Source: a virus. From it: a stretch of 64,000 nt of DNA. Where the stretch lies: positions 22,235-86,234 of the IMG/VR virus record IMGVR_UViG_3300035698_022898; one strand, written 5' to 3'. Under the pieces are notes generated by a model. It did not search any database. It was not told where the DNA came from and saw only the letters and a list, made by a program, of their open reading frames with translations. Of this stretch, positions 20,331-29,023 are shown piece after piece (positions within the stretch are counted from its first letter, which is position 1; every line of letters begins with the position of its first letter). Both the position numbers and the translations under genes were made by a program.

Positions 20331-21453
20331 GTGACTCCTCCCAGGGTTTTTTGCACACAGGACAGACACCTATTTTCTTTCGGTAAAGTCTCAGAGCTTC
20401 CTGTGCATCATATAATTTTTCTTGTTCGCCTTCTTCAAAAAAGTATAGATCTTTTGATTGCTTTATGAGTGTAACCAAGGATTTTATTTTTCGATCCAAT
20501 TCAGTTTTTTTATTTAGAACCACACGAACAGGCTCTAGAAAACTTCTACATGCTATAATTCCATCAAAAGTAGGTAACTTTTCATCCAATTCTTTAATGC
20601 TGTTCAGTAAGGGTCCCAGTTTACCTATTTTCTTATCTAGTTCTACTTTATCCCCCACCAAACCTCGCAATAAATCTATCATTTTGCGTTGTAAAGCTAT
20701 CTTGGCAAACTTTCTACGATTAGCATTTTGAGTATCTATAAAATCAAGTATAAAAATCAACCTTTCAATTTTTTCTCGTAATTTCTCAAGTGCAACTACT
20801 TTAGATTGGAGACCCTCAGCTTGCTGTTTGATATCATCTAGTCCGTCATAACTCAGCAATCGTTCTTCGGTGTCAGTGATAACACCTCTACCTGTTTCGA
20901 TATCTCTGTTAGTGCCCAGAGTCCATTTATTGATTATCTTAAAGACAGCTTGAATATCTTCTAATCCAACTACAGAGTTCAACTCCCGCATAACTTCGCC
21001 AGGTGTGGATCTGATAAGAAAGTGCTCGTCAAGCTGGGGTTGTAAGCTATATTTGGATATGTTGAGAAGAGAAGCAACCTCAGGGGGAACATCGGATTTT
21101 ATGGCTTCATACTTATTAGAGTCATCTGTTTTTCCTTCCCCTCTGGATCTACGAAGAACCCCGTCTTCTCGTTGTGCTTTGGAAACTAGATATACATTCT
21201 CTCCTTCCGTTTTTCTTCTGGTGATTGTTTGTTCATCTATATCTAAGTTAACGGTTACAAGACCGCCTTTTCCGCAGTCCCAATTACGAAAGGCAAAACC
21301 TCCAGGTCGGTTTAGAATAACCCAACGTAATGCCCTGAATACAGAAGACTTGCCGTTATCAGAACTTCCTACGATGGCGTTGACACCGGGCCCGAATCCC
21401 ATGAAGGATTCTTTATGGATCTGGAAGTTCTTTATGCGTAGGCTTCGTATCAT
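20308..21453 (-). CDS. SbcC/Rad50-like ATPase, N-terminal half ending at the zinc hook
   Basis: IKNFQ.H, Walker A GSSDNGKS, Q-loop, coiled coil, terminal CPVC. Confidence 0.88.
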   Translation of the reverse strand: MIRSLRIKNFQIHKESFMGFGPGVNAIVGSSDNGKSSVFRALRWVILNRPGGFAFRNWDCGKGGLVTVNLDIDEQTITRRKTEGENVYLVSKAQREDGVLRRSRGEGKTDDSNKYEAIKSDVPPEVASLLNISKYSLQPQLDEHFLIRSTPGEVMRELNSVVGLEDIQAVFKIINKWTLGTNRDIETGRGVITDTEERLLSYDGLDDIKQQAEGLQSKVVALEKLREKIERLIFILDFIDTQNANRRKFAKIALQRKMIDLLRGLVGDKVELDKKIGKLGPLLNSIKELDEKLPTFDGIIACRSFLEPVRVVLNKKTELDRKIKSLVTLIKQSKDLYFFEEGEQEKLYDAQEALRLYRKKIGVCPVCKKPWEESHDHSNGS

Positions 21454-21491
21454 TTTTGAAGTCCTTATAGTTCCTAAATATATACTTGATA

Positions 21492-22889
21492 TTATAGATC
21501 GTCCCGCACCCGTTGAAAGATGGGGAAGAACAAACTCTTGTCCTCAGTCTCACTCTCTGCAAATACTTCTATGATCTGTGGGGTATTGGTCATAAAATCT
21601 ACTCGTTGTGCTTCGGAGTACCCGCCACCCACACTTACTTCCACACCATTGTAGTCGCATATTAAGGAGCCCATACAATCTTTGAACTTTCCTGTGGGCT
21701 TTCCGTATTCCCATCTAAGAACGGGCAAGTCAACTTCAACTCCAGAACCTTTAATGTACAATGCTTTATTTTTGCACCACTGATTGTCTCTTTTTCTTTT
21801 GTATCCACCATCTATCTTTTTAAGAACCAAACCTTCACATTTCTTAGAAATGAAAGCTTTGGTCAGTTGATCAACATCCTCTTTCGATCTTAAATCATGA
21901 TTAAAAACGTGTTGCAAAGTAAGAACTTTATTGGGAACATTCAACTCTGCAGGTATGCCCGTTTGTATGGGAAAGTGTTGAGTTAGAAGATCGTATCGAG
22001 CATAAAAAGGAAGATCACAAATTACATCAAAGATAAAGAATCTAAAAGTGGACGGGTCCATTTCTTTTTGTCTTCGAACTTGAGTCATAACTTTCTGGAA
22101 TCGAACATCTGTTGTGGTCACTTCACCATCAAGTTCTAACGGCCAACCTACATTGTGCATATTTTGAATATGCTCTGCTTGAGCAAGGATCTCTTCATTT
22201 AATACAGCAAAATTGGGGTACGGAAGACCGTTGCGGGAAATATGATGTATATCTCCGTGTTCGAAAACCATAGCCGTATTGCGTACACCGTTCATCTTTA
22301 CGGAGTAACAAAACATATCCCAGAAACAGGAATTATAAGCGTCCATACCTGCTACAGCTTTTCGGAATTTATTGAAATCTCTTTGACAAAGCATAACCTC
22401 ATAAATCTCAAAGTCGGGCCATACTTTCTGGATGGTCTTAGCACCCACACCACAACGAAGGTCCTTGGTCACAATCCTACGTATCACTTCCACAGTTTGT
22501 CTATCGTAAGAGGAAAGTACATCCAAGGCTGCTCTTTCATCGTTGGTACAACCCCGTTTCTTTGCTAAAATCTCCAGGTAGTCTAGGGCCGCTTCTGCAT
22601 CAGCCATAGCTGTACGGCCTAAAAAATTTACTTGTGTGGTATTAAATCGAAGAAGAGGATCATATGCCATAAAGAATATTCTTTTGAAGACCCCGCCTAG
22701 CTTTTGGTACTCTTCTGCAAGTATATCCTGTTTGGCATTTTTACTACTTACCGCCGCCAACCTTTCGAGGGCATTAAAAACTACTGCTAACGATGCAGTC
22801 GAGTCCTCGGCAGTAACTTCTGCAACCTGCCTATGAATTCTTCGCACTTTAGGAGCATCGGCTAAGGAAAAAAATTTGTTGTCTGACAT
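21492..22889 (-). CDS. ATP-dependent DNA ligase
   Basis: Motif I KMNGVR, LDGE, FFIFD, EGLVLK, KR..W.K.K and OB domain VGGGYS...FPIF.R.R.D. Confidence 0.92.
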   Translation of the reverse strand: MSDNKFFSLADAPKVRRIHRQVAEVTAEDSTASLAVVFNALERLAAVSSKNAKQDILAEEYQKLGGVFKRIFFMAYDPLLRFNTTQVNFLGRTAMADAEAALDYLEILAKKRGCTNDERAALDVLSSYDRQTVEVIRRIVTKDLRCGVGAKTIQKVWPDFEIYEVMLCQRDFNKFRKAVAGMDAYNSCFWDMFCYSVKMNGVRNTAMVFEHGDIHHISRNGLPYPNFAVLNEEILAQAEHIQNMHNVGWPLELDGEVTTTDVRFQKVMTQVRRQKEMDPSTFRFFIFDVICDLPFYARYDLLTQHFPIQTGIPAELNVPNKVLTLQHVFNHDLRSKEDVDQLTKAFISKKCEGLVLKKIDGGYKRKRDNQWCKNKALYIKGSGVEVDLPVLRWEYGKPTGKFKDCMGSLICDYNGVEVSVGGGYSEAQRVDFMTNTPQIIEVFAESETEDKSLFFPIFQRVRDDL

Positions 22890-23031
22890 ACAAGAACTCC
22901 TCACTTTTCCGTTAAAACTCGCTACGAGCTCTTCGTTCTAAGCATAGGTAAAGTGTTTTCTTGACATAGTATACATAGCTTTTTTGTTCCAGCGTTCTCC
23001 GTGAAATTTCCCTAGTTGTAATCATTGAAGT

Positions 23032-23283
23032 TTAATGTATGATACCAGCAGACGCACGCCTTGTGATATCTGCAACCGTGCCTTCAAACTCTGCAGAGTG
23101 ATTGTCTCTACGAGCAACAGCATCCATGAGCGAAATATTCAGTTCGTTTGCTGCCAGTGATACGGTGATCAGTTCGTCGAAGGAACCCAGCTTTTGAAGA
23201 GCACCTCTGACAGTCAAGGGGTTCTCCCCCAAAGTAGTTGCTACAGATTCGACTAGGTTGTTGAATAGTTCTGTGGTTTCCAT
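23032..23283 (-). CDS. Hypothetical protein
   Basis: AAGGA RBS, 83 aa ORF. Confidence 0.55.
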   Translation of the reverse strand: METTELFNNLVESVATTLGENPLTVRGALQKLGSFDELITVSLAANELNISLMDAVARRDNHSAEFEGTVADITRRASAGIIH

Positions 23284-23346
23284 TTCGATTTCCTTTTAAT
23301 AGATTAAATCTAATGCATGTACTTATAATATATGTATTTTTTAGAT

Positions 23347-23931
23347 TTAGCAAGTCGTTCTTATAGAACGTTTTATTTTCCCCATAGGGTATGTATAATT
23401 GTTTTGGTGTGCCAAAGACAGTAGAGACTCGTCTACACGACCTGGGTTTCCCCCTTTGGAATGAAACAACATATAAATCATTTTAGCCAGTCCGACTGCA
23501 TCGGCTTCGTCGTCACACCTAGACTCAATTCCCCAAGTTTTGAATACTTCCAACATCATTTTATCTTTTTGAGCGTTACCCTTACCGGCAACGAAAATCT
23601 TTAATGTAGTAGGAGAAACATCCAGAATGTTTCTTACAGGAACCGCCATTTCCTGTGCCAAAATATAGCGCAGTACGCCGCCCAACTCAGCTATGTCAAA
23701 AGTTCTGCCCTTTGCCCCCATAGCATACCCTTCAAACAGAACGAACGTGTCTGTCTTGATATCAGAAATAAAGGAATTAAGAAACACATCCGCAATCATC
23801 AAAACACGTTGAACTTTAGTAACCTGTTTCTTGGAGGGGATAGAACCTAAACCCACAACCTCTCCTTCTTCATCAAGAAGACACCAGCCTGTATTAGATA
23901 GACTTACATCCAATCCTAGGTAGTTAGGCAT
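23347..23931 (-). CDS. ruvC: RuvC-like Holliday junction resolvase
   Basis: LGLDVSLSNTG, FEGY, ELGG, P.TLK.FV.GKGNA.K, DDEADA. Confidence 0.88.
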   Translation of the reverse strand: MPNYLGLDVSLSNTGWCLLDEEGEVVGLGSIPSKKQVTKVQRVLMIADVFLNSFISDIKTDTFVLFEGYAMGAKGRTFDIAELGGVLRYILAQEMAVPVRNILDVSPTTLKIFVAGKGNAQKDKMMLEVFKTWGIESRCDDEADAVGLAKMIYMLFHSKGGNPGRVDESLLSLAHQNNYTYPMGKIKRSIRTTC

Positions 23932-24772
23932 TAAAAAATATCCTTTTCCAGTTAGTTAAGGAGTTCCCCGAGTTGAGGGACATAAAAGAATATCTATCAC
24001 AAACAGCAAGAAATCCATCTATATCAAATTCGTCTTCTACTAATGTGATGGGGTTTGTTCTTGGGTGAGGAAGTCTTACCAAAGTTTCATTCAAAGGAAA
24101 CTGAGGGTCAGCTTTAAATTCTAATATTGCAGGTAGCTTAGACACTACAGCACCCTTAAGATATTTGATAGCAGTTTTTACTCCTACACCCTTTACCCCA
24201 GGAACACAGTCACCAGGGCAACCCATAAGCTGTTTTGCTTTCCACCATAAGGAAGGTTCGATTCCAAACTCTTCAATGAAATCCTTTTTGGAGTACACAC
24301 CCTTCTTCCGAAGTTTATACATTTTACAGTAGTCTAACAACTGATATAAATCCTCATCTGAGGATACTAAAATATTAGATCCGGGGGTATGCATGACGAT
24401 CTCAGCAACCAGATCGTCTGCTTCCATTCCGTTTTGTATAAATATGTTACGAAATCCTATTTCTGGAAGAACTTTTGTGCGTAAAAGATTAAATTGATCA
24501 ATCGCTAACCGTTGTAAGTTTTTCTCTTCCTCGGTCATCTCCTTTCTTCTGTTGGACTTATATCCATCGTATACAGCATGGCGACAAGAAAGAGGGGAGT
24601 CCCAGGCAAACGCGAATCTCTTTGTCTGGAACTCCACCGCTAACTTGAGCACCTGTCGCAGGAACCCGTACATCACACCCGTCTGTTGGTCCTCGAAAGA
24701 CATGTCTTTGATTGAGTGTTTTACAGTATGCCCAACCGCATGAGAATCGAAGACAACAAGGGTGTTATCCAT
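23924..24772 (-). CDS. 5'-3' exonuclease / flap endonuclease
   Basis: D..., YKSNR, EADD, SSDEDLYQL, G.PGD.VPGVKGVG.KTA (H3TH). Confidence 0.92.
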   Translation of the reverse strand: MDNTLVVFDSHAVGHTVKHSIKDMSFEDQQTGVMYGFLRQVLKLAVEFQTKRFAFAWDSPLSCRHAVYDGYKSNRRKEMTEEEKNLQRLAIDQFNLLRTKVLPEIGFRNIFIQNGMEADDLVAEIVMHTPGSNILVSSDEDLYQLLDYCKMYKLRKKGVYSKKDFIEEFGIEPSLWWKAKQLMGCPGDCVPGVKGVGVKTAIKYLKGAVVSKLPAILEFKADPQFPLNETLVRLPHPRTNPITLVEDEFDIDGFLAVCDRYSFMSLNSGNSLTNWKRIFFNA

Positions 24773-25883
24773 GGAACTTCGCCTTTCGTGTAAGTTTTAA
24801 AGAGTCCTCTCTGTCAAGCCATACCGTCCTAGCTATTTCAAAGAGTTTATCCTCCAGTCCTTGTTCCTCAATTTCTTGAATCAACTCAGCTTGGGAACCC
24901 CCCATGTCGAGGTCGAAGGCGTCGATTTCACGAGTACGAGCAGCACGTTTCCAGTGCTTCTCCTCAACTAGAAAATCGAACACGGATGTGATATCATCCA
25001 CACCGTAGTCGTCAAAGATGGAAAATTCCACCTTTCTTTTCTTTCCAGTAACTTTGTTTTTGGATACTTTACCAATAACTTTGTTTCCAATTTGTTGCCC
25101 CTTGGCCTTCTCTGCTCCCCGCCCAGCTAACCAGATTTCATGGGTAGAGTAAAACTTGAGAGCCCTGCCTCCAGAGCGAACATTCTTGGGGTCCCAGGGG
25201 CTTTTTGCTTTCATGTTATCCCTTGTTTGGGAGATAACGAGAAGCATACCCTCAGACTTGAGAATGTCCCGAGCAACAACCCGAAACAACTCACTCATAA
25301 GGCGTTGTTTGTCTGTCTTGAAAGAACCACCTACCTCTTCTTCATTAGCGTACTCGTCAGAGCGTTCAACCTCAGCTTTGGAAGTGAGGGCGTCCAAACT
25401 GTCAAGGACATAGATGAAGGGTTTGTTTTTCCGGATTGCTTTTAGAATGTTAGTGTAAAATTCTTCCACAGTCCCTGACATGACATCCTTGGTAAGTCTT
25501 TGGACCAAGTTCGGTCCAAACATTGCCTCCATGTTGAACTGTCGAGCAGCTTCCGCGTCGTCGTGAATAAGATCATAATCTTTCCAACGATCGTGGTTAG
25601 CCATTTCAGCCAGCCCCGAAAGAGCAAGCAATGACTTACCTGCGGAACTATCCCCGATCAAGTTTGCCATTCTGCCGACACCGTAACCCCCAAAAGGGTC
25701 GTTACTACAAGCAAGGTTCAGCATAACGGATCCTGTCGGAAGAAAAATACGAGGTGCAGGAGCATCCTTTAAAAAAGAATTATCTCCTTCATCATCTCCT
25801 TCCTTAAACCCGTCGTCGTCAGGAGGTGCTTCGGGTTGTTTTTCAGGAGTTGTGGAACGTCGGGCCCTTCTCAACTCTGCCAT
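24765..25883 (-). CDS. recA: RecA/UvsX-like recombinase
   Basis: PTGS..LN.A, Walker A GDSSAGKS, DAE, VLDSLDAL, SQTR, SGGRALKFY, KNKV. Confidence 0.92.
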   Translation of the reverse strand: MAELRRARRSTTPEKQPEAPPDDDGFKEGDDEGDNSFLKDAPAPRIFLPTGSVMLNLACSNDPFGGYGVGRMANLIGDSSAGKSLLALSGLAEMANHDRWKDYDLIHDDAEAARQFNMEAMFGPNLVQRLTKDVMSGTVEEFYTNILKAIRKNKPFIYVLDSLDALTSKAEVERSDEYANEEEVGGSFKTDKQRLMSELFRVVARDILKSEGMLLVISQTRDNMKAKSPWDPKNVRSGGRALKFYSTHEIWLAGRGAEKAKGQQIGNKVIGKVSKNKVTGKKRKVEFSIFDDYGVDDITSVFDFLVEEKHWKRAARTREIDAFDLDMGGSQAELIQEIEEQGLEDKLFEIARTVWLDREDSLKLTRKAKFHG

Positions 25884-25901
25884 GTGTTCCTCTTTTGAGT
25901 T

Positions 25902-25923
25902 AAGGGGGAGTTTCCTCCCCCTT
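25902..25923 (-). terminator. Hairpin (terminator or processing site) between SSB and recA
   Basis: aagggggag / ctccccctt 9-bp stem with a GAAA loop on the minus strand. Confidence 0.5.
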
Positions 25924-25929
25924 TATTTA

Positions 25930-27183
25930 CTACGCTCCGCCACCCCGTCTACGGGAAACGGGGGTCTCTTCTTTGGCGGAAGAAGCTCTGCGGGCAGTTC
26001 CGGAAGGTGTCTGAGCTTTACGAGCATGTTCTAGCTCGTCTGCTTTTTTCATGCATTCCTCCCAGACAGCACAGGGTTTGGAACAATGATCCAAAGTGTC
26101 GATGTCCTTGCCGAAGGTCCCACCACCCGGACATGCTCCCTGAGCAACCTTTTCCGGGGCTTTCTGTTCCGGGGGTTCTTCTGCGGTCTCAGGTTCTTTG
26201 GGGGTGTCTGAGCCTTCTTCAAAAGGGATATCGTCCTCGGGAGGCGTATCCGGCTCTTGTTCGGGTTCTTGTTCCGGCTCTTGTTCCGGTGTTGCTGCCC
26301 GTCGTTTCGGGGAAGCTTCATCCGGTGCCGGAGTTCCTGTTTGAGGAGCACCACCAGCTCGACGAGAAGTACGAGGAGCATCTGCAGGGGTGTCGTCGGA
26401 TTTATTCTTCTCGCCAGTATTGAATAAAGCTTCACCCGAAGCACCCGCATAGAACATAGCGCAGAGTTCCTCGTAATTCTTGATGTGTAGTCTCTCGTCC
26501 AGTTGGATACAAGCTTCGAGTTCGTCGTCGGAGATTTTGTAATCCCTTTCGAGGAACTCGTGGGCCGAGTACTCCGTGGAGTTCATGGTAGTACCGGTGC
26601 GTGTGAAGAAAACCTGCTTACCCTCGTCGGGGTCGGTGAAGAGCATGAAACCGCCGTCTTTCTTGTTACGAGCACGCTCTGCCAGATGTTTCTGCATGTA
26701 GAAATGGGAGACTTCCCAAACCTGCACACCTTTTCGTTCTTCGTTACCGTCGTAACAAATGAGGTTGTACATAGTTCGACGGGCAGCACGAATCTTTCCG
26801 ATCATCTTCTTGAGAGGTTCCTTGTCGGCGTCAGGGTCTTTGCGAAGTTCGTTCACGTATTCGCAGACAGGACAGGGCAACCCGTAGTTGGCCAAGGGGC
26901 AAACGATCGAGTCGTCACCGGCACCGATGTTGCGATGGATCCATACGTCCAAGAAGTACGCCCACTTTCCAGGAACGATGTTTGCATAGTTTTTGGTTGG
27001 GTATTTGGTTCCAACTTGCCAAGGAAGAATGTCCACATAGTGGTCACCCTCAGCACATTTCCAGAGTTTCATGTTTGCTTTGTCAAAGAACGTTCCGAAT
27101 CGACCAGAGTCATCCTTGTTCTGATATGACTCCTCACTTCGACCCAGAAGGTCATCCTTCATTGCTTTACGATCAATCCCCAT
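25930..27183 (-). CDS. Single-stranded DNA-binding protein (gp32-like) with long acidic tail
   Basis: ILP...H....C......CPVCE zinc motif, acidic EQEP repeats, DDIPF motif; sits between recA and a UvsY-like gene. Confidence 0.78.
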   Translation of the reverse strand: MGIDRKAMKDDLLGRSEESYQNKDDSGRFGTFFDKANMKLWKCAEGDHYVDILPWQVGTKYPTKNYANIVPGKWAYFLDVWIHRNIGAGDDSIVCPLANYGLPCPVCEYVNELRKDPDADKEPLKKMIGKIRAARRTMYNLICYDGNEERKGVQVWEVSHFYMQKHLAERARNKKDGGFMLFTDPDEGKQVFFTRTGTTMNSTEYSAHEFLERDYKISDDELEACIQLDERLHIKNYEELCAMFYAGASGEALFNTGEKNKSDDTPADAPRTSRRAGGAPQTGTPAPDEASPKRRAATPEQEPEQEPEQEPDTPPEDDIPFEEGSDTPKEPETAEEPPEQKAPEKVAQGACPGGGTFGKDIDTLDHCSKPCAVWEECMKKADELEHARKAQTPSGTARRASSAKEETPVSRRRGGGA

Positions 27184-27667
27184 TGGCTTTCCTCCTTTCT
27201 TCTATTTTTTGTAATCGGGGGTTGTTACCTAAACCAGCAGAAGTTTCTTGTTGTTCCTCAACCTCCTTTTTAGAGAAATGAGAATCGGCATAGTAAGCCG
27301 CAAAATATAATCGTTGTAGGCTTTCCAGAGCAACCTTTCTGTCCTGTAAAGCAAACACTCTACCGCGTAACATGTTGGCGTGTTTGTTGGCATAAATCAA
27401 TTTTAATTGCATTGCTTGAAGCTCAGGATCTCTTATTATGGCTTTAGGAATGGCAGTTTCTGCAGGCTTATATTGGAAATCATAGACCTCAGGGTTTTCC
27501 CTAATGTCTTTGTCCAACAAAGCTTCCCTGTTTCGTATGTCGTTGGCGATTAAATCCCGTGTTTCCATCGCTTCGGCTAACTCGTCCTGGTACGCTTCAA
27601 CTAACTCTGGTTGAAGTTCCCACTCTGTATCTAACGACCATTTATCTATGACGGGTAGTTTTTCCAT
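27173..27667 (-). CDS. UvsY-like recombination mediator
   Basis: Helical 164 aa protein (ETAI..AI..DP, AL..RK..LE.L..L) next to SSB and RecA. Confidence 0.55.
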   Translation of the reverse strand: MEKLPVIDKWSLDTEWELQPELVEAYQDELAEAMETRDLIANDIRNREALLDKDIRENPEVYDFQYKPAETAIPKAIIRDPELQAMQLKLIYANKHANMLRGRVFALQDRKVALESLQRLYFAAYYADSHFSKKEVEEQQETSAGLGNNPRLQKIEERRKANGD

Positions 27668-27673
27668 AGCTTC

Positions 27674-27701
27674 ATTTTAACTTATCGCGTTTAAAAAGCA
27701 A
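27674..27701 (-). promoter_or_regulatory. sigma70-like promoter, likely leaderless mRNA
   Basis: TTGCTT-16-TAAAAT with the ATG 7 nt downstream and no SD sequence. Confidence 0.55.
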
Positions 27702-27717
27702 GATATATTTTGCGGGG

Positions 27718-28659
27718 TTATGCTTTGCAGCACATATAGATTTGGGCTGTGAGCCCCGGCATCCCCGAGTACATGACCGACTCCGAAAGTACAACCAACA
27801 TCCTGGCTATCGAATCATCCCCGTTGGCTTTTCCTACCAACACTTTACTCAAGTATGTGAGTAAAGCATAACGGGATTTTTCTGCATCTTCTTCCAAAAT
27901 CTTCAACACAGGAATTATGCGTGTCCACTTGCTGGCAAAGTCACCTTTGTCTGCAAGCACCCTGCATACTTCGATAATAGATGCTTCATCGGGAGAAAAA
28001 GATTCAATGGCAGCCAGAGCCCCCGCGTCACTTGGAATATCTATTATTTGATCTAAAATCTTAATTCCTGCTCTCGGAGAACCTTCCGCTACTTTGACAA
28101 TAGCTTGTATGATGTTATCCGGAAAATTTACTCCCTCTTCTTTACAAATGGAGTTCAAAAGCCTGGTCATTTGTGACCGTTGCAGACTGGACACTTTGAA
28201 AGTAGAACACCTGTTTCGGATTGTTCCCAGAAGTTTTTGAGGATCCGTAGTACAAAGAATGAAGTATACATGATCAGGAGGATACTCCAATATACGAAGT
28301 AGAGCATTCTGAGCCTCGTTGGTCAGCTTATGACACTCGTCCAAGAGATATACTTTCGTAGGACCAGCCATGGGTCTGTATGACGCTTTGGCAGTCAAGT
28401 CCCTGATGGTGTCAATGCCCCTCAAATTGGAAGTATTCAAATACATGAAGTCCGTATCCGCACACTTGAGGTATTGTTGCAGGATGAATCCTAGGGTAGT
28501 CTTCCCACAACCTGATGGTCCGTGAAATAGAAACGCATGGGGAAGACCTGTTTCCCTTGCAACGATAGTTCCTAAGCTTTCCAGGATGCTTTCATTCCCC
28601 ATCATTTCAGCGAAGTTTCTGGGGCGATATTTTTCGGGGAGGTTCCTAGTTGCGTCCAT
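27718..28659 (-). CDS. Clamp loader AAA+ subunit (DnaX/RFC-like)
   Basis: KYRP..F, GPSGCGKTT, LLDECH.L...AQNALL..LE.PP, CTT.P..L..TI..RC. Confidence 0.92.
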   Translation of the reverse strand: MDATRNLPEKYRPRNFAEMMGNESILESLGTIVARETGLPHAFLFHGPSGCGKTTLGFILQQYLKCADTDFMYLNTSNLRGIDTIRDLTAKASYRPMAGPTKVYLLDECHKLTNEAQNALLRILEYPPDHVYFILCTTDPQKLLGTIRNRCSTFKVSSLQRSQMTRLLNSICKEEGVNFPDNIIQAIVKVAEGSPRAGIKILDQIIDIPSDAGALAAIESFSPDEASIIEVCRVLADKGDFASKWTRIIPVLKILEEDAEKSRYALLTYLSKVLVGKANGDDSIARMLVVLSESVMYSGMPGLTAQIYMCCKA

Positions 28660-28799
28660 GTTTTTTAACTCCTTTCCACATTAAGAAATGCTTATTGAAT
28701 TCCCTACCATCCCCGTGCCAGAAAAAGGAGAAGATTCTATTTCCCCCTACTCGGAGGATCATATCTTCTCTCATTATGCCCGTTTTTCCGTTACCGGAA

Positions 28800-29015
28800 T
28801 TACCTGCTAGGTATAAATTCACGTTTTATACACTCTTCAGTGTTGATTTTAAGATCGTGGATCTTTTGTTCGAAGTCTCTAAACTTCCTATCCAATTCCA
28901 TAAGATGCACATCCACATCTATTTCATGAATAGGGTTTTGAACTAGAGCAGCAAGGTCTGCCGCATCCTCGGTCACACTTTCCGTCCACGCTAGGAATAC
29001 TTCTTTCCGTGTCAT
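28800..29015 (-). CDS. Hypothetical protein
   Basis: AGGAGA RBS. Confidence 0.55.
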   Translation of the reverse strand: MTRKEVFLAWTESVTEDAADLAALVQNPIHEIDVDVHLMELDRKFRDFEQKIHDLKINTEECIKREFIPSR

Positions 29016-29023
29016 AGGTTCTC

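Noticed and set aside
21492-22889. Inactive ligase because motif I is KMNG instead of KxDG
   Set aside because: The catalytic Lys and all other motifs are intact, so this is more likely a natural variant.
23347-23931. RuvC acting in trans as the Tas nuclease
   Set aside because: It looks like an ordinary resolvase in the recombination cluster 23 kb away, with no evidence linking it to tas.
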